Of a stretch of DNA of 64,000 nucleotides, positions 51,587 through 60,661 are shown one piece after another. The stretch is from a virus. Location: positions 1,310 through 65,309 of the IMG/VR virus record IMGVR_UViG_3300045996_000252; one strand, 5' to 3'. The stretch's first letter is position 1; each line of letters starts with the position of its first letter. The position numbers and the translations under genes are program-made. The notes beneath the pieces are model-generated. The model searched no databases. It saw nothing but the letters and a program-made list of their open reading frames with translations, and was not told the origin of the DNA.

Positions 51587-53359
51587 ATGCCACAATTAGA
51601 ACCCATAGAAGAAGGACGAGCGCAGTTCGGCCCCGAGGCTATCGACACTTGCCTAAGACAACGCGAACCGGGTACTCCATGCGTGCCGTGTGGTCCGTCT
51701 ATCCAGCGCCGCGATGCAGGCTGGAATTGGGACGCAAGCCTCGGCCAGTGGATCGAGCCTATGTACGAGCGTTGGGCGCGACGATGGGAAGAAATCTCCG
51801 GGTCATTTGATACCATATACAATGCCACGACTACTACCAATAACACTTTCACAGGCTGGAATTCATATCCACCACCATCTACACAGGAGGCATCACCTAT
51901 GCCGGACTTCAATGGACACAACACGTTCACTCGTGTGAGCACAAACGATAGGATGATCTACTGCTTCCAGTGCGATTCGCGAACCCAAGAAAGCAACATG
52001 TTCACGTGCAGCGAGGAAGGCGACTGGTTCTGTCGCCCCTGTGCTGAGGCGCACATTCACAATGGTGATCGCTGCGATTCGTGCGGGTTCCGCCTGCTCA
52101 ACGGAGGGGCTGCTACCGAGTGCGAAACCTGCGCCGTTGACGTGTGCCATGATCACATGCGACAAGACCACACTGGCTGCGCAATGGGCGGATACGATGG
52201 CCGTGATGACGGACGCTACTCTGGTCGTCCTCCGATTGAGGGCTACGGTCGAGAGGCCACGCTTGAGTATCTGGACGAGGATTACACCTTCCACCCGCTC
52301 GCTCTTGGCAAGCGCGCCGCTGCGGTCGAACTTGAGGTCGAGTGGGACGAGGAAACGAACAACGGTCGGGTGAACCTGCCCTACGCAGTTGGCATCGGTC
52401 ATGATGGCAGCCTTACGAACGGGATCGAAGTTACGACTCCGCCCGCCAAGGGTGCGCGTCTTGCCGAGGTCATGCTGGACACCACTCGCATCCTTGCGGC
52501 CAATGGCTACAGGGGTGAGACAACGTGCGGAATGCACACTCACATCGACCTTCGTGACAAGGTGGAAGACAAGCGGTTCCTATCGCATCTGTTCAACGCC
52601 TTCTTCGCAATCGAGGATATCCTGTACGCCATGCAGGGCGCTTCACGCTACAGCAACTCGTACAGCGTGCCACTGCGAGCCAACTACAAGTTCTTCGACA
52701 TGTACGGTCAGCGGTCGGGTGATTTCGACTACACGTTCTACCGCATGCCTAAGAACCTTGAGTCGCAGCGTGTCATTGCGCGTGAGAAGACGCAGAAGTA
52801 CGGCAGTCCACGCTACGCGGCGTTCAATTTCCACAGCGTCTACTACCGTGGCTCGCTTGAGTGCAGACTGCACGAGGGCACGGTCGATGGTGAGAGTGCG
52901 CTGATGTGGATTGACCTGTTGCAGAGCATCATCGCTCGTGTCGAGGATGGGCATTCGTACTCGGTCATGAAGAATCTTGCGAGCCAGATTGTGACGAAGA
53001 AGAAGGTACGTGCCTTCGCTCGTTACTTCCGGCTCACGGACAAGCAGACTCAGTACGTGATGGACAGAATCGAGAGCGGTCAGGGCTTTGGCTTTGAACT
53101 GCCGGACGGCATCATGTGGGGTGTCCCGATCAAGGGTCGTCCGACTCGCGAGCCTCGCGCTCCGCGTCGGCGCATGCTATACGCTGGCAGCATGGTGACG
53201 TGCCATGCGTGCTCGCACACGTGGTTGCTGGCTGGCAATCAGACAGAGTGCCCGCGCTGTTGGGGTGCCTTGATTGACAGATACGGCGCTAGGACTTACA
53301 ATAGGGTGAGTAGCAATACTTACTACAATCTCAACATTTCATCGTCATCGTTTAGGTAA
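51587..53359 (+). CDS. multi-zinc-ribbon domain fused to a glutamine-synthetase-like amidoligase (Amidoligase_2-like)
   Basis: 590 aa. The N-terminal region (aa 120-200) has at least 5 CxxC pairs. The C-terminal region carries 'TTCGMHTHIDL' and the overall character of a carboxylate-amine ligase. It is co-operonic with the GATase-II gene. Confidence 0.5.
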   Translation: MPQLEPIEEGRAQFGPEAIDTCLRQREPGTPCVPCGPSIQRRDAGWNWDASLGQWIEPMYERWARRWEEISGSFDTIYNATTTTNNTFTGWNSYPPPSTQEASPMPDFNGHNTFTRVSTNDRMIYCFQCDSRTQESNMFTCSEEGDWFCRPCAEAHIHNGDRCDSCGFRLLNGGAATECETCAVDVCHDHMRQDHTGCAMGGYDGRDDGRYSGRPPIEGYGREATLEYLDEDYTFHPLALGKRAAAVELEVEWDEETNNGRVNLPYAVGIGHDGSLTNGIEVTTPPAKGARLAEVMLDTTRILAANGYRGETTCGMHTHIDLRDKVEDKRFLSHLFNAFFAIEDILYAMQGASRYSNSYSVPLRANYKFFDMYGQRSGDFDYTFYRMPKNLESQRVIAREKTQKYGSPRYAAFNFHSVYYRGSLECRLHEGTVDGESALMWIDLLQSIIARVEDGHSYSVMKNLASQIVTKKKVRAFARYFRLTDKQTQYVMDRIESGQGFGFELPDGIMWGVPIKGRPTREPRAPRRRMLYAGSMVTCHACSHTWLLAGNQTECPRCWGALIDRYGARTYNRVSSNTYYNLNISSSSFR

Positions 53360-53372
53360 AGGAGAAACATAT

Positions 53373-54638
53373 ATGTGTGGACTTTGTGGGTCATTCACTC
53401 AGCAGGGCGTAGTCCTGTCGAAGCGTGACCGGACGCAACGTGCACGAGTGCTGGAAGGATTGCTGCTTGCCAATCAGGTGAGAGGTACCGACAGTGCTGG
53501 TGTCGCTGCCATCAAGTACGATGGGACGTACGATCTGTTGAAGGTCGCAACCCATCCCTATAGATTCGTGTCACGCGACGATGTGCAGGCGCTACTGCGC
53601 ACGGATGCTCCGCTCATGATTGCTCATACTCGTATGACCAGCATGGGCAATGATGTGACCGATGAGAACGCCCACCCTTTCGTAGAGGGTAGCGTCATCG
53701 GTGCGCACAACGGCATCATCAACAACTACATGCAGATCGACAGGACTGTGAACGTGGACTCGCAGGCGGTGTTCCGCTTGCTTGACTCGTACCCTGACGC
53801 ATACGATAGGGTGTTCCCGAAGGTGTCGGGATCGTGCGCCCTGTCGTGGTGGGATGCACGTGAGCCAGACGCTATGTTCCTAGTGGCTCACAACAATCCC
53901 ATGTCTGCGGCGTTCGTGCCGAGGATCAAGACGATCTTCTGGACGAGCGTGCTTGAGCACCTTGAGGCAGTGCTGCGCACAGCGTACGGCAACGCGGTGC
54001 AGTACATGGAAGTGAAGAAGGATACGATCTATCGCATTCCGGGCGACAACGTGTACGAGTGGCAGGAAGCCAAGGTTGAGTTCGGAACCGACTCATGGGG
54101 TTCATCCTACAGTTCGCAGATTCGTGTCTACGATCACGGCGGATACGGGTGGGATGATGCCGAGGAAGAAGAACTCTGGCGCACGGGGTTTACCTCTAAG
54201 GGACTGAGTTCTGTCCCAAAAGCGACTGCGGGATCGCCAACTGCCGAGGGCGGCACTACACTCCCGCAGCCAATGACACCAGAGGAGGAGGCCAGATACG
54301 AGTCCTATTGGGACAAGATGATGGCCGAGGACTCAGCAAGAGAGAGCGAAAGCGACTCAAGCGAGAGCGAAAGCGAGCAGCCCGTGAGGCTGCACGCACT
54401 CTCTGATGAGGAGTATGCGCAGATTGCGAACGAGCGGTTTGAGGTAGACGACCTTGACGGAACGCTCGATTGCATGTATTGTGATAAGCCCTTGGGTGAC
54501 AAGGGTGTGTGGGATAACGGGCTACAGATGATGCTGTGTAAGTATTGTCAGAAGTGGTGGGATGATTACGGTCATTACACCACCAAGCCCGTTCCAAGTG
54601 AAGCAGCGGTGAAAAAGTACCCGTTGCTTCTACAGTAG
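53373..54638 (+). CDS. class II (Ntn) glutamine amidotransferase with an acidic linker and a C-terminal zinc ribbon
   Basis: Begins 'MCGLCG' (Cys2 nucleophile). 'AHTRMTSMGN...NAHPF' and 'GAHNGIINNY' are GATase-II motifs. C-terminal 'CMYCDKP...CKYC'. Confidence 0.7.
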   Translation: MCGLCGSFTQQGVVLSKRDRTQRARVLEGLLLANQVRGTDSAGVAAIKYDGTYDLLKVATHPYRFVSRDDVQALLRTDAPLMIAHTRMTSMGNDVTDENAHPFVEGSVIGAHNGIINNYMQIDRTVNVDSQAVFRLLDSYPDAYDRVFPKVSGSCALSWWDAREPDAMFLVAHNNPMSAAFVPRIKTIFWTSVLEHLEAVLRTAYGNAVQYMEVKKDTIYRIPGDNVYEWQEAKVEFGTDSWGSSYSSQIRVYDHGGYGWDDAEEEELWRTGFTSKGLSSVPKATAGSPTAEGGTTLPQPMTPEEEARYESYWDKMMAEDSARESESDSSESESEQPVRLHALSDEEYAQIANERFEVDDLDGTLDCMYCDKPLGDKGVWDNGLQMMLCKYCQKWWDDYGHYTTKPVPSEAAVKKYPLLLQ

Positions 54639-54686
54639 ATCGCTGCGTGAAGGCACCGCGCAGCCACAAGTGAAAGGAGCAAGGAA

Positions 54687-55097
54687 TTGCTTAAGTTTCT
54701 AGTAGCGGTTATGCTACTGTTGGTTGTTGCGGTGCCAGTTATTGCCGCAGAAAAGATCGGGCTTTGCCATGCTACAGGTAGCGTGACGAACCCGTACGTA
54801 TTCATTGTGATCGCGGAACCAGCCGTTGAGGCCGCTCACATGAACAAGGATGGTAGCCTACATGGCGACCACCTTGGGAACCTTGATTTCTATGCAGAAA
54901 GTGAGGCAAAATGCACGATTACAATTACGACGCCGCCGAGTCCGACGCCAAGCGTATTGCCGAGTCCATCGGTGGACCCGACGCCTTCACCAAGTCCGTC
55001 CGTAGAGCCTTCCGAGACTCCTACGAGCGAGCCTTCTACGCCGGTTACTTCCGACGAGACAACGATCAGCGTGCCAGACACCGCGATGGAGAACTAG
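54687..55097 (+). CDS. secreted Pro/Thr/Ser-rich protein (TTG start)
   Basis: Signal peptide 'LLLVVAVPVIAAEK', then a PT-rich linker. Ends in 'SVPDTAMEN', the same tail as the ORF at 48166..48645. Confidence 0.5.
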   Translation: MLKFLVAVMLLLVVAVPVIAAEKIGLCHATGSVTNPYVFIVIAEPAVEAAHMNKDGSLHGDHLGNLDFYAESEAKCTITITTPPSPTPSVLPSPSVDPTPSPSPSVEPSETPTSEPSTPVTSDETTISVPDTAMEN

Positions 55098-55100
55098 CCT

Positions 55101-55454
55101 ATGACTGATCTAGTAGCATTGAATGGTCGAGCACTGTTCGACCCGGACGATGTTGCGTATGATACGGAAGCCACGCCTGACGAGCGTGGCCCGTATTATG
55201 CGTGGATGTTGTTCATCTACAAGGTGAATCAGATGGTGCCTGACACGTTCGCAACAAAGGGTAAGGACATTGAGTTGCAGCGTGACACTCCTGCGAAGGG
55301 GTGGTTGACCGAGAAGTACAGCACAGCACGAGTTCTCCGTCCGCCTGAGGGTTCGGACTCGTTGATCTTAGTTCAGGCGGATGACATGAGACTGTACCCT
55401 GTATGGGATCATGCGATGCAGCAAGTAGTGAGCGGTAATATTCACAGGCACTAA
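55101..55454 (+). CDS. hypothetical protein
   Basis: 117-aa ORF. Start coupled to its neighbour (tagcctATG). Confidence 0.45.
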   Translation: MTDLVALNGRALFDPDDVAYDTEATPDERGPYYAWMLFIYKVNQMVPDTFATKGKDIELQRDTPAKGWLTEKYSTARVLRPPEGSDSLILVQADDMRLYPVWDHAMQQVVSGNIHRH

Positions 55455-55464
55455 GGAGGTACAC

Positions 55465-55746
55465 ATGGGAGTGAAGCAGGCAATGTCGTTCGGTTGGCGC
55501 ACCAACGCGGGTGCCGATGGATTCGAACAGGATCATGGGCGCTTTACGATGGAGGTCTTCTGGAATGAAGTCAAGCGCGTGTGGGCGTGGAACGTTTGGG
55601 CAGGCGTGAGCCGTGCTGGCAAGCGGGACCAGTCCATCGTGGCTAACGGAACGGAGTTCCTGCTTCACGACGCCAAGAAGGCCGTGCTTCGCGTAGCCTC
55701 AGGCTTGGAGCGTCAGGCGCTTGTAGAGGATCAGAAGTTCCGATGA
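55465..55746 (+). CDS. hypothetical protein
   Basis: 93-aa ORF with an RBS (aggaggtacacATG). Confidence 0.45.
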   Translation: MGVKQAMSFGWRTNAGADGFEQDHGRFTMEVFWNEVKRVWAWNVWAGVSRAGKRDQSIVANGTEFLLHDAKKAVLRVASGLERQALVEDQKFR

Positions 55747-55943
55747 GGGTCAAAGACGAACACGGCAATGATGTATGGGAGTGTCCCGAATGTGGGATGC
55801 GCTCGTACATCGTTGCCGATGTGGGAGCGATATGGCGATGGCATGAGGCTGAGTGCTCGTGGCTTTGGGGGCTTGACGCGCACGAGGATGGGAGTTATAA
55901 TGAGGATGCTGTCGTAGACACTGATGGTCAGGACTACGTGTGA
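55743..55943 (+). CDS. zinc-ribbon protein
   Basis: CPECGM...; 66 aa. Confidence 0.4.
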   Translation: MRVKDEHGNDVWECPECGMRSYIVADVGAIWRWHEAECSWLWGLDAHEDGSYNEDAVVDTDGQDYV

Positions 55944-55965
55944 TTAAACGAAAGTTTGAAATTTT

Positions 55966-55990
55966 GTTTATTTTCAAAATTGCGAAACGG
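55966..55990. promoter_or_regulatory. conserved AT-rich motif GTTTATTTTCAAAAttGCGAAA, copy 2
   Basis: Matches the block at 51465-51489 together with its flanks. Confidence 0.4.
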
Positions 55991-56001
55991 GAGAAACGAA
56001 A

Positions 56002-56196
56002 ATGAAAAATCCGTACGTTGGAATTCAGAGGACCGTGTTCGCAGCAGGGTATCGAGCAGCCATGAAAGACATGCATAAGTTTGCAAAAGGCATCAAGGAT
56101 ACTACGCCTGACGTGCCCAAGGAAGGACACGTGGTATTACGCGGGACAATGGACACAATCATGTCTGCGTGTGAGGAGTTGACAAAGGAGGAGTGA
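56002..56196 (+). CDS. hypothetical protein
   Basis: 64-aa ORF. Confidence 0.4.
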   Translation: MKNPYVGIQRTVFAAGYRAAMKDMHKFAKGIKDTTPDVPKEGHVVLRGTMDTIMSACEELTKEE

Positions 56197-56370
56197 CATG
56201 CCAAACTTGGAGAAGGCAGAGCGCCGAGACAAGAAGCATGACAAGAAGAAGAATGGCATGCGAGTGAACGGAAAGAACATCGCCCTGTTGCTACGAGCAC
56301 AGGAGAAGCGAGACAAGGAACGACTGGAAAGGAGAGAACGTGAGCGGACAGATGGTGATGACACCGGCTG
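56197..56370 (+). CDS. small basic protein (Xis/DNA-binding candidate)
   Basis: MPNLEKAERRDKKHDKKKNGMRVNGKNIALLLRAQEKRDKERLERRERE..., immediately upstream of the integrase, which it overlaps. Confidence 0.3.
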
Positions 56371-57281
56371 AAATCTTCTGCGAAATGCAGACGAGCGACA
56401 ACACAAAGCGGGCATACCGTAACGATATCAACAAGTGGCAGCAGTTCCTCGCGTCACGAGGCGGGGAAGAAACGACCGAGACTGCGCTTGCGTTCAAGGC
56501 TGCGCTAGAGAACACGTACTCACCTTCCACGGCACAGCGTACGTGGGGCACAGTGGCCGCATTCTACGGCTGGATGAAGGGTACGGGTCGCGTTGACGCG
56601 ACTCCGTTTCATGGGATTAAGTCGCCTACACGACCTATTAATGAAGCCCCACCTGTCCCTAGCGATGAAGCAATTGCCAAGTTACTCAACGCTTGCAAAG
56701 ATGGAACGCCGTATGGCAAGCGTGCTTGGGTCATCATCAGCCTCTTGCTCAACGGACTCCGAGCACAGGAAGTTTGCGACGTTAAGATCAAGGATATTGT
56801 CCGAGACACCAACAACAAGCAGTGGATTCTCAACGTACTCGGGAAGGGTGACAAGTGGAGGGCCGTCCCGCTCACAAGTGAGGCGCAGCAGGCGATCTAC
56901 GAGTTCTTCGAAAACTCTATCACGTGGAACGACAGGTACCTAGTGACGAGCGTGATGGCGGGCGAGAAGTTGAACGTCAAGTCAGTGTGGACTGCGGTTC
57001 GCGTGTACGCTCTCAAGGCAGGGCTTAAGGACGAGAACATTCATCCTCACGCACTGCGCCACCACTACGCCACGCGCCTTGTACGTTCTGGCGTGAACAT
57101 CTTCACGTTGCAGAAGTTGATGGGACATGCTCGCGCAGATACCACACAACGCTACGTCCAGATGGACTACAGCGACCTATCTATCGCAGTGGAACTCGAC
57201 CCGCTACACAAGTCGGACGAGTCACACGGCATCCTATTCGTAGACAAGGCATTGGAGCACGCAGATGACGTTCCCTTTTAA
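56340..57281 (+). CDS. int: tyrosine integrase / site-specific recombinase
   Basis: C-terminal 'HALRHHYATRLVRSGVNIFTLQKLMGHARADTTQRYVQMD' carries the H-x-x-R ... Y catalytic box. Confidence 0.8.
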   Translation: MSGQMVMTPAEIFCEMQTSDNTKRAYRNDINKWQQFLASRGGEETTETALAFKAALENTYSPSTAQRTWGTVAAFYGWMKGTGRVDATPFHGIKSPTRPINEAPPVPSDEAIAKLLNACKDGTPYGKRAWVIISLLLNGLRAQEVCDVKIKDIVRDTNNKQWILNVLGKGDKWRAVPLTSEAQQAIYEFFENSITWNDRYLVTSVMAGEKLNVKSVWTAVRVYALKAGLKDENIHPHALRHHYATRLVRSGVNIFTLQKLMGHARADTTQRYVQMDYSDLSIAVELDPLHKSDESHGILFVDKALEHADDVPF

Positions 57282-57522
57282 GGAACTAGAGGAAATCACA
57301 TGGATCGACTCGGCTAAGTCGTGGTCCGCAGGGTGGTATGATCCTGAGACTATCATTGACTCGGCTAAGGCATGGCAAGGGCAGAGCACGACTGTGGGAT
57401 TCGTCATCCACGAGGATGAGCGTGTGGTGGTGCTAGCACAGACCTTGGATGATGAGAGCGACAAGGTTGCCAACTTGTTCCTGATCTACATACCATGCAT
57501 CTTACACAGGAGGACATTATGA
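57265..57522 (+). CDS. hypothetical protein
   Basis: 85-aa ORF. Confidence 0.4.
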   Translation: MTFPFKELEEITWIDSAKSWSAGWYDPETIIDSAKAWQGQSTTVGFVIHEDERVVVLAQTLDDESDKVANLFLIYIPCILHRRTL

Positions 57523-57728
57523 GAAAGCCTATTGTTGTATACGTTCACGGCAGTGAAGACAGCATGTACGGGATGGGAGTTGACTTAGGGCTTGAGGGTG
57601 AGGCGCTAGAAGTATTCTCTTACACCGGATACGAAGTGAAGTTTGATTGTGAAGTTGACACCAAAACTGGTGTGGTGTATGCTTTAGCAGTGGATGGCAC
57701 CAAGTTAGAAAAGCCAACACGTATTTAA
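57520..57728 (+). CDS. hypothetical protein
   Basis: MRKPIVVYVHGSEDSMYG... with an RBS (aggaggacattATG). Confidence 0.45.
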
Positions 57729-57738
57729 GGAGGACAAC

Positions 57739-57924
57739 ATGGAAACAATCAACTACTGTGACGTATGCGGGGAGCCGGATGCTGACTACGCTAGCGTCTT
57801 CAAGCCCGGTGCTTGGCTATGCCAAGACCCTGAGGCATGCCTTTTGAGACTTGCTTCGCATCCAGTAGAGGAGCGGGTTCGCGTGATGCTTGGCGAACCG
57901 GCAACCCCTCGTGAACTGGCGTAA
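57739..57924 (+). CDS. zinc-finger protein
   Basis: CDVCGEP...C..PEAC. Confidence 0.4.
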   Translation: METINYCDVCGEPDADYASVFKPGAWLCQDPEACLLRLASHPVEERVRVMLGEPATPRELA

Positions 57925-58041
57925 CATCGTTGAGGTTATCCTAGTCAGCATGATCGGGCTAGGATCACTATTCATCATCCTTACTCTGATCGGCGTGTTC
58001 ATTTGGGTTGGCTGGATGCTACACGGAGCAGCGTTTTAAGT

Positions 58042-58794
58042 ATGCTAGGGTGCGTGGTGTGCGGTTCTGCCTTCGAACGGAAGGGGAGTCGTGGCCCTAT
58101 CCCAAAGTATTGCAGCCAGCCCTGCATTACTAAGGCGGGCCGCACACCACAGCGGAAAGCATACGAGCGTACGTACAGACGCATGGAGCGCGCGCTAGGC
58201 AAGCGCAGAGAGTACGAATTCAATTACAATCGACGGCCAGAGGTACGCAAGCGCAACGCCGAGAGAATGCTGTTCAAGTGGCACAACGACCCTGAATACA
58301 GGGAGCGTGAACTGCTACGTATGCGCAGCACGATCCATCCAGAGATTGTACTGGCCGCTCCATACACAGGACACAAGTGGCTACAGATGGCGCACGATGT
58401 GGTGCGCAAGGACGGCTTCGATACGTCCGCTCCTTGGGCCGACGATTATTGGGACGACATGGGCGAGGCAGTGCTGGCGCTCCTAGAAGGACGCGACATG
58501 AAGGAAGCAGTAGTAGCCTATCGCAAGAAGGAATATGTAGCGCGTCGATTGACTCAGCACTTAGGGGATTGGGGCGATGACGAGGACGAACAGAACCGTT
58601 GGTTCGAAAGCGTCATGCCCAAGGCTGAGAGCGCTGAGGACGAGGCACTTGCTAACGAGGCAGTGGTGGTGTATGCTAAGACTAGATTCCGAAACGTCCA
58701 CACCAAGAACAGGGGCATGAAGCACAAACTATCACAGCCAAGCAATCGTCGCATGAACAACGGCAAGGGCTGGCGTAGAAAAGGAGGACTGTAA
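58042..58794 (+). CDS. hypothetical protein with an N-terminal zinc ribbon
   Basis: MLGCVVCGSAFE...CSQPC; about 250 aa, basic and acidic. Confidence 0.45.
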   Translation: MLGCVVCGSAFERKGSRGPIPKYCSQPCITKAGRTPQRKAYERTYRRMERALGKRREYEFNYNRRPEVRKRNAERMLFKWHNDPEYRERELLRMRSTIHPEIVLAAPYTGHKWLQMAHDVVRKDGFDTSAPWADDYWDDMGEAVLALLEGRDMKEAVVAYRKKEYVARRLTQHLGDWGDDEDEQNRWFESVMPKAESAEDEALANEAVVVYAKTRFRNVHTKNRGMKHKLSQPSNRRMNNGKGWRRKGGL

Positions 58795-59029
58795 TGGACA
58801 CGATTGAAATAGACTTCTTCACTCTACAATGCGGAGAGTGTGGACGCTTCTTTGACATGCTAGACTATGCAGAGGCAGCAGAGTGGGAATTTGGGCACGA
58901 CTGCGGGGCAAACGATGACGAAGATAACCTACTACCCTGATTGGCTAGCCCTGCCAGACGCGAGACATGTCTGCAAGTGTGGTCAACACTCACAGACTAT
59001 CTCTACGATCTGGCTACAGGTAGAGTTTG

Positions 59030-59482
59030 CTATACCGCGCCGCGTTCCTCTACGGCCTCTTGCAACGCTAGCAACTCACGTTCACAGTCAAGCAAGTAAG
59101 CGTGACGCTCCTCGGTGATCATATGCATCCTTGGGATGCGATACTTAAAGCCGTTGTGTGAGAACACGTTCGGCTTGTTGGAAGGATCGAGCACAAGCAG
59201 AGGTTCCTTGCGCTGATCCATAGCGCGACTGATAATCTGAATCCACCACTTTAACCACTGTACGGTGAGGCGGTAGTTTTTATTCTCAGCCGCGTAGGAC
59301 CGACTATGGGCGTCATATTGGAGGGCATTGACGTGGCCCACACGCCCCGTAGTTGTGACGATCCCGTTACCGGGCATAAACGCAGGGTCGGGACCATCAT
59401 GTTCGATGAGCCACTTTCCCAAGTGTCGTTCGCTATCTCTAGACCTCCGCAACAATCGTTGTGCTGCACTTTTCTCTCCCAT
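59030..59482 (-). CDS. hypothetical protein
   Basis: 150-aa ORF, the last gene of the leftward replication block. Confidence 0.4.
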   Translation of the reverse strand: MGEKSAAQRLLRRSRDSERHLGKWLIEHDGPDPAFMPGNGIVTTTGRVGHVNALQYDAHSRSYAAENKNYRLTVQWLKWWIQIISRAMDQRKEPLLVLDPSNKPNVFSHNGFKYRIPRMHMITEERHAYLLDCERELLALQEAVEERGAV

Positions 59483-59922
59483 TACTTCACCCGCTCGTTC
59501 TCTGCGAACAGGAACAATGACACCGCTCGTGCCAATCCGTTCGGTCCCTCTGCGCGGTACGCCTTGTCATCGAAGTACGCCATCGCAGGAATCTTTTCAG
59601 CAGTCAGGCGATCCCACGGAATACCGTGAGCATTAAGTGCATTGACTACGTAATGAGTCTGCTCCTCCATAGCATCCGCATGGCTCCACCCCTCATGATC
59701 ATGCCATGCCTTGCTGAACCTTGACGAGAAGATCACGATGGTGTACCCTTCTGCCTTCAAGGCCCGGACGGCGTTCGCTGCACCCTCGATAGGATCACCC
59801 GCGCCGAACATGTCCCCGAAGGGGAAGATGGTGCCGTCGAAGTCCACGCATACAATCCCCTTGGCTACAGGCGGGTGGCCTGCGTCGATCACTTCCTGCT
59901 GGTCGAACTTACTCGTCAGCAT
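59482..59922 (-). CDS. HAD-superfamily phosphatase (nucleotidase / polynucleotide 3'-phosphatase-like)
   Basis: Motif I 'VCVDFDGTIFPF' (DxDGT) and motif 'IVIFSSR'. Size is 146 aa. Confidence 0.6.
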   Translation of the reverse strand: MLTSKFDQQEVIDAGHPPVAKGIVCVDFDGTIFPFGDMFGAGDPIEGAANAVRALKAEGYTIVIFSSRFSKAWHDHEGWSHADAMEEQTHYVVNALNAHGIPWDRLTAEKIPAMAYFDDKAYRAEGPNGLARAVSLFLFAENERVK

Positions 59923-60110
59923 TATTCATGTACCTCCCAATCAACGTCTTCTGGAAGGGCTATGATCGAACCGTTGGGACCACGAGGCTCTTTTGCTTGT
60001 TCTATTAAAGCATTAATCTCATCACTGCTCACGTATTCATGATAATCCATCACGAACAAGCCTTCTTTTCGATACCAATGTAGTGTGGCTCTTGGCATTA
60101 TGATCGCCAC
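59922..60110 (-). CDS. hypothetical protein
   Basis: 62-aa ORF. Confidence 0.35.
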   Translation of the reverse strand: MAIIMPRATLHWYRKEGLFVMDYHEYVSSDEINALIEQAKEPRGPNGSIIALPEDVDWEVHE

Positions 60111-60661
60111 ACTTTCGGTTCATGCAGCACGCCTGCTTTAAGCATCGCCAGACGGAGTTCCATGTGCTGCTTCACGTCACCAACGCAACGAACCTTGGTA
60201 CGAGCCACGCCGTCACTCGTCAGGCGGTTAGCCTTCCGCCAATCATGCTGGCTCATGGATTCCTTGGGTGACTCGACCCCAAACATTTCAGCCAGATACT
60301 CCTGCGTAGCAGGCTGGTCGCCCTTCTTCACGAAGTCCAACTTGGTATCGCACGTCAACTTCTCGCCCAACGGAGCCATGCCTCGCTCCATTAGTTCGCT
60401 ATTAATGTGCGGTAAATCATGGCGGCGGATGTAATGACCAGTCACCATGTCTGCCTCGTTGTACGCTTCCACGAAGCGAGCGAGGGCATAGTCCATGTCG
60501 TCCCTACCTAGCAGGTAGACTTCCATAGACTCTGGATCATCGGCCCAACACATTGCGAAGCCGGTTAGTTCTGCTGTTGTTTGCCCATCATACCAGTATG
60601 ACAAGGGCCGGTTTTCGATATCGAAATCGAGAACACGCATTGGCTTACTTAGAATCTGCAC
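60098..60661 (-). CDS. hypothetical protein (possible nuclease, 'VLDFDIENRP' DxE motif)
   Basis: 187-aa ORF; motif-level resemblance only. Confidence 0.25.
   Translation of the reverse strand: MQILSKPMRVLDFDIENRPLSYWYDGQTTAELTGFAMCWADDPESMEVYLLGRDDMDYALARFVEAYNEADMVTGHYIRRHDLPHINSELMERGMAPLGEKLTCDTKLDFVKKGDQPATQEYLAEMFGVESPKESMSQHDWRKANRLTSDGVARTKVRCVGDVKQHMELRLAMLKAGVLHEPKVWRS

Noticed and set aside
58867-59118. ORF 58867..59118 (+) at the convergent junction
   Set aside because: It overlaps the small zinc ORF at 58794-58940 and the 3' end of the minus gene 59030..59482. It has no RBS and is likely spurious.
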